64,000 nucleotides of DNA, from positions 185,641 through 249,640 of the IMG/VR virus record IMGVR_UViG_3300024239_000014. One strand, written 5' to 3'. Below, one piece after another: positions 29,055-38,964 of this stretch. Under the pieces are notes generated by a model, which ran no database searches, was not told the origin of the DNA, and saw only the letters and a list, made by a program, of their open reading frames with translations. The stretch's first letter is position 1. Each line of letters starts with the position of its first letter. The translations under genes and the position numbers were made by a program.

Positions 29055-31046
29055 ATGCCCAATCTAGCCAAGAAAACCATCGTCGCACGAGAATGTCGTC
29101 ACGTCACGCACGTTACCGACCAGACACCTGATAGCGATAAAGACCTACTCGTCGCTAAGGAAGTTGTCCATTATTCCGATGGTACCAGCGAACCCAGATT
29201 ACAGTTCTTTGAAAACTATCCGATTGACTTCTATGTCACCAAGACTGGGTTTCGAAATCACACCGACAAGAAACTGTTTGAGCACATTGAGAAGCTTGAT
29301 CAGGTGAAGTGTACTCAACGTACGCTGGGGCAAACCATCGCCCGTGTACTACGCACCACCTATCAGCCCAATCTTCGGGTAATGGGACGCAGTCCATTCC
29401 TGTACGGTTCTGACGTTCCCTCTACAGTGCGATTGAAACACCGATACAAGAAGAAGTGGACTGACAAACAGACGCTCAATACGGTAGCCGTCTGTGACTT
29501 AGAAACCGATGTGGTTTGGGGGACTAGCGAGATTCTATCAGGCACCTTGTCGTTCAAAAACAAAGTACTCCTGGTGGTCAATCGAAAGTTCGTCGATACA
29601 CTACCGCTCTTTCAGAAAACGTTGCTTGAGAAGTTTGAAAAACATCTCGGAGAAGTAAAACGTCAGCGTGGCATTAATCTTCAGGTGGAGATTGCTGAAA
29701 CGCCTGGTCAGGTGGTCACCACACTCCTGCGTTATGCACATGAATGGAAACCAGATTTTCTAGCCTTTTGGAATATGGACTACGATATTCCAAAAATGAT
29801 TGATGCGTTGGAATACGAGCGCTTTGATCCAGCGTACTACTTTTCTGATCCGTCAGTCCCGGCACATTATCGGTACTTCCAGTACAAGCAAGGTCAGAAG
29901 GCGCTGACGACGGCAAGTGGTAAGCATAAGCCTTACGATCCGGCAGAACAGTGGCATACCGTGATCTGTCCGGCCAGTTTCTATGTCATCGATGCCATGT
30001 GTGCTTATTACCGGATTCGTATGGCCGGTGGTAAAGACTCCAGCTATTCATTGAATGCCGTACTGACTAAAGAACTCGGCATCCGTAAGCTGGACTTTAA
30101 AGAAGCCGAAGGGTTGGATGGTTTGGCATGGCACACGTTCATGCAACAGTACTACAAGATCGAGTATCTGATCTACAACATCTTTGACTGTATTTCAGTG
30201 GAGATGTTGGACGAGAAGACTAAAGATCTGTCGAGCACCATTTCGGTGCTAAATGGTTGCAGTGACTACCACACCTTCTCCAGTCAACCACGACGGACCT
30301 GTAATGACTTGCACTTCTTTGCATTGGAGAACGGGCACGTTATTGCGGCTACGTCTGATAAGATGGAGACCGAGCTCGATAAGCTAACCGTAGACGTCAG
30401 CGGGTGGATCGTCACCTTACCTGCGCACATGATTGTTCAGCACGGTGTGGCATGCATCGAAGAATTTCCGGATTTAAACACATGCATCTACCTCCATGTA
30501 GCGGATTAACAACATAGTCCCTTCCAGGAGTAATCTTGGTCGAATAACCCATCTAATTGCAAGAAAGCCGTAAAGGCCTCGGCAGGCCAGGTAACTTGCA
30601 GCGAAGCTTCCTTCTGGGAAGAACGTTCAACGACTATCGAAAGCCAGTGATATCTCACTGAAGCGAGTAGAGTAGGGGACAGCGTCCCCGAAATGGTGGG
30701 CCACCTCTAATACAGGTGGATGACATAGTCTGCTCTTATGCGAATAGCATAAGCGGGTACCTGAGCGTACCGAGTGTATTTAGCGCATACACTGGACAAT
30801 AGGATCGACGTAGCAGCCGCATACCCCAACGGAGAGGACATCAACAACATCAGCCATGAGACCACATTCCGAGAACTGTCTCAAATTGCTGGCGTAACGG
30901 ATGAAGCTCGTCGGCGTTGTGGTATTAACTTCACAGGCGGACCTAACAACGCTGTGGAGATCTGTCGAGAAATTTACAAATTGCCCGATCTCCATACCCT
31001 CTATTTAGACTTTGAAGACAGCCGCACTATTAACCAAGCGGCATAA
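29055..31046 (+). CDS. family B DNA polymerase subunit (exonuclease + motif A; phiKZ gp82-like), spliced: exon 1 29055-30506, exon 2 30804-31046, 564 aa
   Basis: ExoI CDLETD, ExoII FWNMDYD, ExoIII YNIFDC. Splicing joins VAD|IDVAAAYPN (motif A). Confidence 0.85.
30507..30803 (+). mobile_element. group I self-splicing intron, 297 nt, no ORF
   Basis: 5' exon ends in U (GGAU pairs with IGS GUCC) and intron ends in G. P AATTGCAAGAAA, Q TTGCAGCGAAGC, R GTTCAACGACTATC, S ATGACATAGTCT; P3 CCCATC/GGTGGG; starts with an in-frame TAA. Confidence 0.9.
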
Positions 31047-31100
31047 AGCGTAGCCCTCTTGTACTGCACTGTAAATGCAGTACAAGAGGGTGCTATGACG
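31038..31100. terminator. bidirectional terminator
   Basis: 15-bp stem CCCTCTTGTACTGCA/TGCAGTACAAGAGGG; tails TATGACG (+) and TTTATGCCGC (-). Confidence 0.75.
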
Positions 31101-32159
31101 TTATTCAATCGGCATCAAGTTAGCCGGCAGATCCTTGAACTCGTGTGATTCCAAGGAGGTGTTCTGCGGCAGGGTGATGTTCTTGAGTTCGGCGTACAGG
31201 GCTTCTACGTAGTCCTGGTGTGCTTCGATCAGCCGACGATGCAAGAGCCAACCGTTATGGCCGGCGTCAAGCAGGAGCTGGATAGCGTTATACACATCGC
31301 GAATCGGACCGAGACACTGGCTGGCCAACGCCCTCATTTCGCTATCGAGGTGGTCGTAATAAACTTCCAGTGCCTTGTTACCGAGGTCGTCGCCTTCTAC
31401 AGGTCTGCGTTGTACGTTCCAGCAATCGAGAATTTCTTCGATGGAATCGTACACGCCACTATTGTGGACGTGATCGAAAACGTTCAAACATTCGTTATAA
31501 GCGCCTGCCAGAACAATGTTTTCCATACATGCCGGCGAGTTCACCTTATCGTGCATCGGGATACTTTCGTACCACGGTGCCATGTGGCTGTAGAGGTTGA
31601 CGTCAATATGCGGAAGGCGTTTGACGAGCTTCCGAAGATTCTCCATCTCCAGCCCAGCGCGGATCACGCTTTGCTGCTGGCGCAGATCGTTAATACGGCG
31701 AACAACCCGAGCTACTTCCAGGTAAGGGACCAGGTGGCCACTGTCGATAAAGAACCGGCAGATGCGTACGAGCTCGTGATAAAATTTACCGCCGGTATAC
31801 AGGTCAAGCATGATCGGTGCGGTAGCTACGTAATCGCGGGCGCGGGCGGCGTTACAGAACTGGCGATACCACTTCAAGACATCATCGGTGAATGTGGTGG
31901 TCAGCACCGGCTTCTTGAGTAGCGTACGAGTGATTGCATCCATCGTGCGCTGATTGGTGAAAATACCACCATGCAGCAACGTGACGTAATCGTTGCCCTG
32001 GGGACCGAGTTCGCGGATCAGTTCAAGGACTTCGTTACGTTTGATGGTAGCTTTTTCGATGCGAGTACCGGTCAATGAAAAGGTACGTTTAAACCATTTA
32101 CCGATCTTGGCGAAGACATCGCCAATACCTTCTTGGGAGAGGGTTGTATTGCTGTCCAT
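31101..32159 (-). CDS. probable virion head protein
   Basis: Likelier start MDSNTTLSQEG at 32159 (GGAG); SQE|G site followed by IGKWFKR helix. Confidence 0.55.
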   Translation of the reverse strand: MDSNTTLSQEGIGDVFAKIGKWFKRTFSLTGTRIEKATIKRNEVLELIRELGPQGNDYVTLLHGGIFTNQRTMDAITRTLLKKPVLTTTFTDDVLKWYRQFCNAARARDYVATAPIMLDLYTGGKFYHELVRICRFFIDSGHLVPYLEVARVVRRINDLRQQQSVIRAGLEMENLRKLVKRLPHIDVNLYSHMAPWYESIPMHDKVNSPACMENIVLAGAYNECLNVFDHVHNSGVYDSIEEILDCWNVQRRPVEGDDLGNKALEVYYDHLDSEMRALASQCLGPIRDVYNAIQLLLDAGHNGWLLHRRLIEAHQDYVEALYAELKNITLPQNTSLESHEFKDLPANLMPIE

Positions 32160-32183
32160 TTTTACTCCATCTATGCAGAAATA

Positions 32184-32209
32184 AAGGAGTGGCAAATGCC
32201 ACTCCTTTA
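32184..32209 (-). terminator. intrinsic terminator
   Basis: AAAGGAGTGGC-loop-GCCACTCCTTT. Confidence 0.7.
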
Positions 32210-32224
32210 AAAGGTTATCGAAGC

Positions 32225-32875
32225 TTAAGGGCGTTTGAAGTACGCCAACAGCAACTGCCCGTCGGTGTCACCAAGGCCAGCAGCCAGTTTGTTGAAGTCC
32301 ACACGCTGAGCCACAGACTGGCGAGTTGCCGGGTTGCAAGCCAGGATGTAAAGACGCAACAGGCCGCTGAAGGTGTCGAGTTCGGCGTTGGTCAGATGGA
32401 GTTCATCAAAGAACCGGAACACGTAGGCGGACTGAAAAGCACCACCAGCGTGACGGCGGAAGGTGTCGAGCACGAGCGACATGGCGTCCTGGAATTCGAC
32501 GATCGGCAGCTTAAAGACCGACAGCAGGATGCTGCGCAGTTCGAGCTGATGGTTACAGCCGGTATGTTTGTCCATCGGCGCATTGGGAGCCATGGCGGTT
32601 GCATAACCGTTCAGGCGAGCTTCGATGCTGCGGAATGCTGCTGAGCGCTGGTCTTCCACTACGACGGTGGTGCCGATATCAACAGCAGGAATGGTAGAAG
32701 GAACTGCTTCTTCCACCACTTCTTTGATCTCCGGCTCCACAGGAGCGGACATTGCAGCCACTTGGCTAACCGGCATTTCAGGCACAGGTGCAGCTTCAAC
32801 CACCACCTGAGGGGTGACTTGCTGCTCCGGATTCAGCGGTGCTGGAGCAACGACAGTCTTGGGTTTCTTTGACAT
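32225..32875 (-). CDS. conserved protein (216 aa, P/V/A/E-rich N-terminus)
   Basis: GGAG RBS; GC3-rich codons; synteny near the gp80-like gene. Confidence 0.7.
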   Translation of the reverse strand: MSKKPKTVVAPAPLNPEQQVTPQVVVEAAPVPEMPVSQVAAMSAPVEPEIKEVVEEAVPSTIPAVDIGTTVVVEDQRSAAFRSIEARLNGYATAMAPNAPMDKHTGCNHQLELRSILLSVFKLPIVEFQDAMSLVLDTFRRHAGGAFQSAYVFRFFDELHLTNAELDTFSGLLRLYILACNPATRQSVAQRVDFNKLAAGLGDTDGQLLLAYFKRP

Positions 32876-32942
32876 GAAACAGTCTCCTGCGAGAGTTGGA
32901 TGATCAGTGAGCAGTGCTCGTCATAATTTATCGACCGCACTG

Positions 32943-34250
32943 TTAAGAAATACAGGTCGCGAGGTTAAGTTTAGTGATCTTTAGTGCCGTACCGTGCATC
33001 TTTTTCATGAAGATGTACATGAACTGAGATGGGGCTTCTGCGGCCACGTTGGCAATGGCATTCGGCGTGTTGATAAAAGATTCACCAAAACACGTGGAAC
33101 AAATGTCGCCGTTACCGATCTTGCAGGTCGCAGGGTCGCGCATCAGGACGGTTTTGTCGATCAAATCCTTCGCATTCTCTGGCATGATCTTCACCAACGC
33201 ACCATCGATCATTGCGAAGTTATTGTAAAACCGCTTGACCGTTTGCTTGGTGATTCGACGCGGAATGTAAACCGTGGTCTTGCAATCGCCGACAATCAGA
33301 CGTGTGTTCTGATAACGACGATAAAACAGTTTCACCCCTTCGCCACCGAGCGCAGTATTGGCACCGCGGTTAAACGACCCCAGACGAGCGGAGTTGTTCA
33401 TTTCGGAGAAGCGGTTGAAATCCCACCCTTCGGCCAGCGACTTGGTAATGAGGGCAAAGGTGCCATCATCGTGGAATGACATCTCCACACCAAAGATCAC
33501 TTGGTTACGTAGCAAGATGGTATCGAACTGCTTGTTCTTGATCATGAACGACGCGCCCGGATCGTTCTTGAAATCTTCTTTAAGGGCGTCGACCAGCTGT
33601 TTGATAATCCCGGCGACAACGGTCAGGTTATCAAGTTCGTGCTTATGCTCTTCGAGCAGGCGGTCACGCAAAGCGAGAATGGCTTTGCTCGGTACCAACA
33701 TACGGCGTGTGCTGGATGCCACTGCGATCGAAGACATGTTGCCGATGATGTTGAACATCACGTCTTGATGCTGGTAGACCTGGGTTACTGTAACCTTACC
33801 AGGAGGAACCGGTTCACCATCAGCGGGAGTATCCACGATGAGATCAATGAATAGCCCTTCGATGGCTTCGGGTGACGCTTCTTTATTGTAGTAAGGAATC
33901 GTGTTACCAAAAGGGAAACACAAGGCAGTTGCATTGAAGAACGCGTTAGCAAAAGTCGTGGTTTGTTCTTCAACAACGTTCGCTAAGTCACCTGGTTTGA
34001 TAACGAAGGTTTCGTGGATTGGGTAAAGTCCAGACCCCTTCAATACTCCTTCTTCAAGACCAACCCACTTGGACGCCTCTGCATCGTAATAGTGGTACAC
34101 CCCTTCAAAGGCGTGAAGTCGATACGGATAAAGTTCTTTGTTGGGATCGATCTTACTAAAGTCCACTTCCGTAAACGCACAGAGCAGCCAGCTGCGATAA
34201 CGCCATGCCTCAGCTCTAAGTGCCGCAAGAAAGTATTCAATGCGGTTCAT
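32943..34250 (-). CDS. virion RNA polymerase beta'-like subunit (phiKZ gp80-like)
   Basis: Zn-site RDPATC...DICSTCFG; trigger-loop-like AEAPSQFMYIFMKKMHG. Confidence 0.8.
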   Translation of the reverse strand: MNRIEYFLAALRAEAWRYRSWLLCAFTEVDFSKIDPNKELYPYRLHAFEGVYHYYDAEASKWVGLEEGVLKGSGLYPIHETFVIKPGDLANVVEEQTTTFANAFFNATALCFPFGNTIPYYNKEASPEAIEGLFIDLIVDTPADGEPVPPGKVTVTQVYQHQDVMFNIIGNMSSIAVASSTRRMLVPSKAILALRDRLLEEHKHELDNLTVVAGIIKQLVDALKEDFKNDPGASFMIKNKQFDTILLRNQVIFGVEMSFHDDGTFALITKSLAEGWDFNRFSEMNNSARLGSFNRGANTALGGEGVKLFYRRYQNTRLIVGDCKTTVYIPRRITKQTVKRFYNNFAMIDGALVKIMPENAKDLIDKTVLMRDPATCKIGNGDICSTCFGESFINTPNAIANVAAEAPSQFMYIFMKKMHGTALKITKLNLATCIS

Positions 34251-34253
34251 GGT

Positions 34254-35138
34254 TTACTCCAGATACTGAGATACGGCAGCTTCGACCTTAATCAAGGTCG
34301 CCGGGTCAATATCGTAAGGTTGAAGAATATTACCGACCTGGCTACGCAGTTCTGCGATGTTTGGTGTCAGCGATCGCAACCATGTTTCAGCCAAAGCTCG
34401 GGGGAATTCGGCATCCGCCGGATCAAGATTCGCCACCAACAACCCAGTGGAATACAGCGGGTAGTGCGTGAGGTTGACACCTTCGTCCAACAGTCGAGCA
34501 ACAACCGGCGAAGCGCCATGTTTATCAACGAACGTCTTGATACGTTCGCGGTAATCCGCAGGTAGTTTCGAAGTGGCTTTGGTTTCAAGGCTACGCGCCA
34601 CTGTGCAAATACGACGCAGTAGAGCAGGGCTGACCTGGTCGATCCAATCTAACCGGCTTTCCAATTCAGGAGTAATGCGCTCCAGAATTGCTACAAGCGC
34701 AGATACAGTATCTGCAGCACCATCGATCAGAAGCGGGAATTCAGCCAGGTCTTCGTGATTCTCGATGGAGTACAACGTCTGAAGCATCAGGGTATAAATA
34801 CCCAGATCTTGTGCATCAAGCTGATCGATATCAAGCTGAATACCGGCGGCGGCTGTGGCGCGCGTCAAAAGACCGAGCGCGTATTCGTCCAATTCACGAG
34901 CAATGGCCGTAGGCTCACCGTCGTCATTGATCATCTGATCGACTGACATGTAAATATCTTCGCCCAGGATAGCCGCCAAGGTGCGATACATTTCAACTAC
35001 CACGGCGCGACGTTCATCTGAAGTAACAAGACTCAGATACAGGTTAAGATCCTGAAGCATGTCGTTATCCTTTGTTAAAAAATACTGGAATGCATCCCCA
35101 TATGAGTAAGTACTCTGTTGGTGCAGATCCAAGGTCAT
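34254..35138 (-). CDS. conserved virion-associated protein (phiKZ gp79 position)
   Basis: 294 aa; synteny. Confidence 0.55.
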   Translation of the reverse strand: MTLDLHQQSTYSYGDAFQYFLTKDNDMLQDLNLYLSLVTSDERRAVVVEMYRTLAAILGEDIYMSVDQMINDDGEPTAIARELDEYALGLLTRATAAAGIQLDIDQLDAQDLGIYTLMLQTLYSIENHEDLAEFPLLIDGAADTVSALVAILERITPELESRLDWIDQVSPALLRRICTVARSLETKATSKLPADYRERIKTFVDKHGASPVVARLLDEGVNLTHYPLYSTGLLVANLDPADAEFPRALAETWLRSLTPNIAELRSQVGNILQPYDIDPATLIKVEAAVSQYLE

Positions 35139-35178
35139 AAAGTTAAGCAGTCACTCATTTACTACAGCTGGAGTTCAC

Positions 35179-35616
35179 ATGCCTGAAAACGCAAAGCCGC
35201 GCCGTAAATACGTCCCCAAGACCTCCAACAAAATGGGTGCATGGGACCAGGCGCGCGCCATCCAACAAGAATCACGCAACCTGCTGTCGGTCGTCCCGAG
35301 TGTAGGTCGCGCCATCCGCCAGAAGATGGAGAGCGGCGAACCGTACGATCGGGAGCGCCTGACCGAGCTAGCCAATCTATTTAAGAAAGACGTCGATCTC
35401 TACAGCGCGGAGATCGACCAGATGGACACGCTGCTGGCATCGAAGTCCGGCGATTTTAGCGATGACGACGATCTGGCCACCGCACTGGAACTGGCCATGC
35501 AGTACAGCAATTGGAATGAACGCTGGGCCATGGTGGTTATCCCCACTATCACCGAAATCCTCAATCACTGCCGCCCCGCTGCGGCCACCCCGTCGACTGT
35601 AGAAGGAAGTGCTTAA
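35179..35616 (+). CDS. conserved helical protein (phiKZ gp78 position)
   Basis: 145 aa; GGAG RBS; stop overlaps the next start. Confidence 0.65.
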   Translation: MPENAKPRRKYVPKTSNKMGAWDQARAIQQESRNLLSVVPSVGRAIRQKMESGEPYDRERLTELANLFKKDVDLYSAEIDQMDTLLASKSGDFSDDDDLATALELAMQYSNWNERWAMVVIPTITEILNHCRPAAATPSTVEGSA

Positions 35617-37193
35617 TGGCCACCATTGACGAAAACGATCTGCCGAAACCACCTCACGTGGAAGATCAAGCCGAACCGACTGCTGCTCAGGAATCGGAAG
35701 CTGCCGATAAAGCAGCAAAAAACGAAACGGACGAGCAGGGCGATATCATCCAGCCGGCCAAACCACGCCAGGGTAAGGTTAGCGGGAAGTCGCCACTCCA
35801 CCCGATGGCAGACGGTGCCCTTTCTGCAGAAGAACCGCACATCATTCTGCCAGGTACCGATTCGATCACCTACAAGCAAGATGTGATGTCAACCATCAAC
35901 CCGCTTCCTGAAAAGGAAATGGAGCGGTTGTTCACATCGGATTGGGGCGTCAGCTTGGTGTTGGGCGAAGAGCTCGCTTATCGCAATGACGACCTGGCAG
36001 AAGCACTCGATCGCACCGATTCCATCTGGGATCATGGGCAAATGCACGATGGTCGAAAGATCAACATCGGTCGCTATTCGCCTAAGTCGGCCGGTGGTCA
36101 GGAGATCTCCGGGCTGATGGCGGTCGCTCGCTTGGCAGCCAGTCAGAACATCGGTAAACCCGTCACCGCACCTCTCTGGCACAGTGGCATTTGGGTGACC
36201 CTGCGCCCTTCCCAGAACATCGACCTGATGAACATGGAAGCCAAAGTCAGTTCGCTCAAAGCAGCGTTTGGTCGCCAGACTCGTGGTCGTGTGTTCTCGC
36301 AAAGCGATGTCTACCTCAAGATGACGGTGGTGGATTTTGTACTCGATCACATCGAGGCTACCACTGCACCATCCGGTGATAAAGCTGATCTGAAAGCACT
36401 GATCAAGATCACCGACATCCCGCTGTTAGTTTGGGCGATGGCTAGCGCTAACCACCCCCAAGGACACTACTACGCTCAGGCATGTACAGCCAAGCCAGGC
36501 AAGTGTAGTTACGTGGCTCGTGGTAAGGTCAACATCCCTGATCTGCTCTATGTAGACAGTTCTGCCTTTACGGACAATCAACGTAAAGCAATGCTGTCAC
36601 CAACACAAAAGGTGTCGAAGGCCGAAAGCCTGGAAGCATACCAGCTTGAATTCAACACCCGTGGTCTGGACTCTTTCGTCTACAATGACACATTGAAGAT
36701 CGAGTTCCAGGTACCCTCTATCGCCGACTATGAAACCGCCGGCTACAGCTGGGTGGCTGAGCTGGAGAAGGCTTACGAGTCACTCTTCGGTCGCGGCGTT
36801 GCATTGGAGCAACGAGGTGAGTACATTACCCAGCAAGCAGAACTGGCCGCACTGCGCCAGTATTCTCACTGGGTGAAGCGTATCGTCTTCCTTGATCCTA
36901 ATGGTGACGAGGGCGACTGGATCGAAAACCGTGACGTTCTGGTCAAGAACATCGAACGTCTGACGGATGATCCGGAATTCAGTAAAGCGTACTACACGCA
37001 TGTGATCAGTTTTATCAACCAAGTCACAGCGGCAGTCACAGCGATTCCGAATTTCGTTTGTCCGTCGTGCGGGAGCCGTCAACCTACTGACGAAGGTCGT
37101 TTCCAACACCTGGTACCGGTAGACATGGCTCAGGCTTTTTTCACCCTCGCCCGCCTGCGAGTATTGACGGCAGTCAGATCGAGCAACATCTAA
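35616..37193 (+). CDS. baseplate-hub/tail assembly chaperone-like protein (phiKZ gp77 position)
   Basis: 525 aa; PLWHSGIWVTLRP motif; C-terminal CPSCG as in T4 gp26/gp51-type proteins. Confidence 0.55.
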   Translation: MATIDENDLPKPPHVEDQAEPTAAQESEAADKAAKNETDEQGDIIQPAKPRQGKVSGKSPLHPMADGALSAEEPHIILPGTDSITYKQDVMSTINPLPEKEMERLFTSDWGVSLVLGEELAYRNDDLAEALDRTDSIWDHGQMHDGRKINIGRYSPKSAGGQEISGLMAVARLAASQNIGKPVTAPLWHSGIWVTLRPSQNIDLMNMEAKVSSLKAAFGRQTRGRVFSQSDVYLKMTVVDFVLDHIEATTAPSGDKADLKALIKITDIPLLVWAMASANHPQGHYYAQACTAKPGKCSYVARGKVNIPDLLYVDSSAFTDNQRKAMLSPTQKVSKAESLEAYQLEFNTRGLDSFVYNDTLKIEFQVPSIADYETAGYSWVAELEKAYESLFGRGVALEQRGEYITQQAELAALRQYSHWVKRIVFLDPNGDEGDWIENRDVLVKNIERLTDDPEFSKAYYTHVISFINQVTAAVTAIPNFVCPSCGSRQPTDEGRFQHLVPVDMAQAFFTLARLRVLTAVRSSNI

Positions 37194-37615
37194 CCAGTGC
37201 TCGGTTTAACATCGATAATGCCGGTAGGGTCATCACTCAACCTGAAGCGGTCCTGGACGTACTAAACGGCGTTCCAGGGCCCTTGGATCCAGTGATGGCG
37301 AGATTGGTACTGGATGTGGCGTATCATCGCGCTTACGGGCTAAATGAGGGGATTGACGTAAACAATCCCCTAAACCCTGTGCTGGTGAGACCCAAGGTCA
37401 TCCATACTGAAGATCCATTGTACACGTTTTCCAGACACTTCATGAAGTCAAAGGTAGGAGAGTATTTCCATATCTCCTTCATTGAATTCATGCGTTTACC
37501 GCCTTACCTTTGTGAGTACTTGCTCGACCTGGCAACCAAACGCACTGAGGCCGATGGCCAAGCGGTGGGGAGTCAGGTCGACAAGCTCAAGGCCCTTGAA
37601 AGAGGTAAACCGTAA
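37136..37615 (+). CDS. -1 frameshift extension of the upstream gene (gpGT/gp51-like C-terminal domain)
   Basis: Slippery T TTT TTC at 37136-37142. The -1 frame is open 37091-37615 with no ATG/GTG/TTG before 37283 and no clear RBS there. Confidence 0.6.
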   Translation, partial: FFHPRPPASIDGSQIEQHLTSARFNIDNAGRVITQPEAVLDVLNGVPGPLDPVMARLVLDVAYHRAYGLNEGIDVNNPLNPVLVRPKVIHTEDPLYTFSRHFMKSKVGEYFHISFIEFMRLPPYLCEYLLDLATKRTEADGQAVGSQVDKLKALERGKP

Positions 37616-37640
37616 AAGGTGGAAAGGAGACAAGAACCCC

Positions 37641-38084
37641 ATGATTGTCTACGAAGGACCTGGTGATATCTTCCGTAGTCCAGCGCAGACTTTGGTCTGT
37701 CCTGTCAACACGAAAGGCGTAATGGGGAACGGATTGGCGTTGGCCTTTAGTCAGCGCTTTCCGGGTTTGTTAGATGTGTACAAGGAATATTGCCAGAGCG
37801 GGCAGTTTAAAGTCAATAGTCTGTTACTGTTAAACCGTGTGTTGTGTTTTCCAACCAAAGATGAATTTTGGCGCGCTAGTCAGCTAGAATGGATTGATGC
37901 CAATCTGGCGAAGCTAGCTGCCACGTACATGCAGCATGACATCCGATCATTAGCCGTACCTGGTCTTGGGTGTGGTAAAGGTCAGTTGTCGTTGTCTGAA
38001 GTCGGACCACTGGTGTATCAACACCTTGACCCGTTACCGATTGACGTGTACTTCTATACGTCACGGGCACCGCACATGCGTTAG
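37641..38084 (+). CDS. macrodomain protein (DarG/Appr-1-p processing type)
   Basis: Start MIVYEGPGDIF at 37641 (AGGAG). VCPVNTKGVMGNGLA, CFPTK...W and AVPGLGCGKGQL motifs. Confidence 0.85.
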   Translation: MIVYEGPGDIFRSPAQTLVCPVNTKGVMGNGLALAFSQRFPGLLDVYKEYCQSGQFKVNSLLLLNRVLCFPTKDEFWRASQLEWIDANLAKLAATYMQHDIRSLAVPGLGCGKGQLSLSEVGPLVYQHLDPLPIDVYFYTSRAPHMR

Positions 38085-38087
38085 ACG

Positions 38088-38128
38088 AAAAAAAAGAGGA
38101 GGGGTAACACCCTCCTCTTTTATGCCGC
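38088..38128. terminator. bidirectional terminator
   Basis: AAAAGAGGAGGG/CCCTCCTCTTTT; + strand tail TATGCCGC. Confidence 0.8.
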
Positions 38129-38134
38129 CTCCCA

Positions 38135-38503
38135 TTACAGGAGGCGGATGACAAGGCCGATCAGGCCGCTGACCGCGCCGGCAGCCAGACCTTGAGCGGT
38201 GACCTCTTCCCGCTCAGCCTTCCGGGCTGCTGCTCGTGCAACCCGGATTTTCTCCTCCAGTTCGGCCACTTTGGCCTCAATGAAGGAGAGCTTGCCAGCA
38301 AGCAGGAATGCCGCCTGCTGGTCGCCATTGGCCACCTTCCGGAAAAGGTGGCCAGTTTCCTTGGACCAGCTTGACAGCTGGTCCCGAGTGACTCCGAGCC
38401 CGGCGGCTCGGGTCAGCACGGCGTCTAGCCGTGCTTTGGCTTCCGCCGGAGCGGAAGCGACGGCCTGGGGTTCGAAAGAACCCCATGTGAGCGTTGAGCT
38501 CAT
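38135..38503 (-). CDS. small helical protein with C-terminal membrane anchor (122 aa)
   Basis: Likelier start MSSTLTW at 38503 (AAGGAG; ATGA overlap); ends GLAAGAVSGLIGLVIRLL. Confidence 0.7.
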   Translation of the reverse strand: MSSTLTWGSFEPQAVASAPAEAKARLDAVLTRAAGLGVTRDQLSSWSKETGHLFRKVANGDQQAAFLLAGKLSFIEAKVAELEEKIRVARAAARKAEREEVTAQGLAAGAVSGLIGLVIRLL

Positions 38504-38832
38504 GCTGCACTCCTTTGGTCCCGCGCCCAGGACCAACGATCTAATGCTAACTCCAGCACACGACCCGCGTCACGGTCGTGTGCCTTTACCTTGTGCAGAA
38601 GTTCCAACACCATCGCCTCTGCTGAGCGATAGTACCGGGACTCCTGCCGTCTAACCATGCGATGGTCGTACATGAAATCTGACTCATGTACAGCACCGCG
38701 TGCGACCGCATGAAGACGGTCGCACAAGATTTTTTTGGTCAATAAATCGACCCCTGGCGTCTCAAAGACGACCCGAGCGATCGACTTCGCACCATTATTG
38801 ACCTTGGTGCGAAAAGAAATTATTGGTGCCAT
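38500..38832 (-). CDS. hypothetical early protein (110 aa)
   Basis: GAGGAGAGGAGG RBS; directly downstream of a promoter motif. Confidence 0.7.
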   Translation of the reverse strand: MAPIISFRTKVNNGAKSIARVVFETPGVDLLTKKILCDRLHAVARGAVHESDFMYDHRMVRRQESRYYRSAEAMVLELLHKVKAHDRDAGRVLELALDRWSWARDQRSAA

Positions 38833-38936
38833 ACCTCCTCTCCTCGTCCCTGAGTGGTGGTTACCCAGAAGACCTATGGCGGTTTATGTTAAGAAAGTCA
38901 AATGGGTCCAGCATTTGAACTCTCCGTTCACCTGAG

Positions 38937-38964
38937 GAATATAGGTTTGAAATCTGTTGGAATT
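38937..38964 (-). promoter_or_regulatory. putative early promoter
   Basis: AATTC-CAACAGA-TTT-CAAACC-TATAT-TC. Confidence 0.65.

Noticed and set aside
30774-31046. 90-aa ORF as an independent gene
   Set aside because: It is exon 2 of the DNA polymerase subunit; its first 10 codons lie in the intron.
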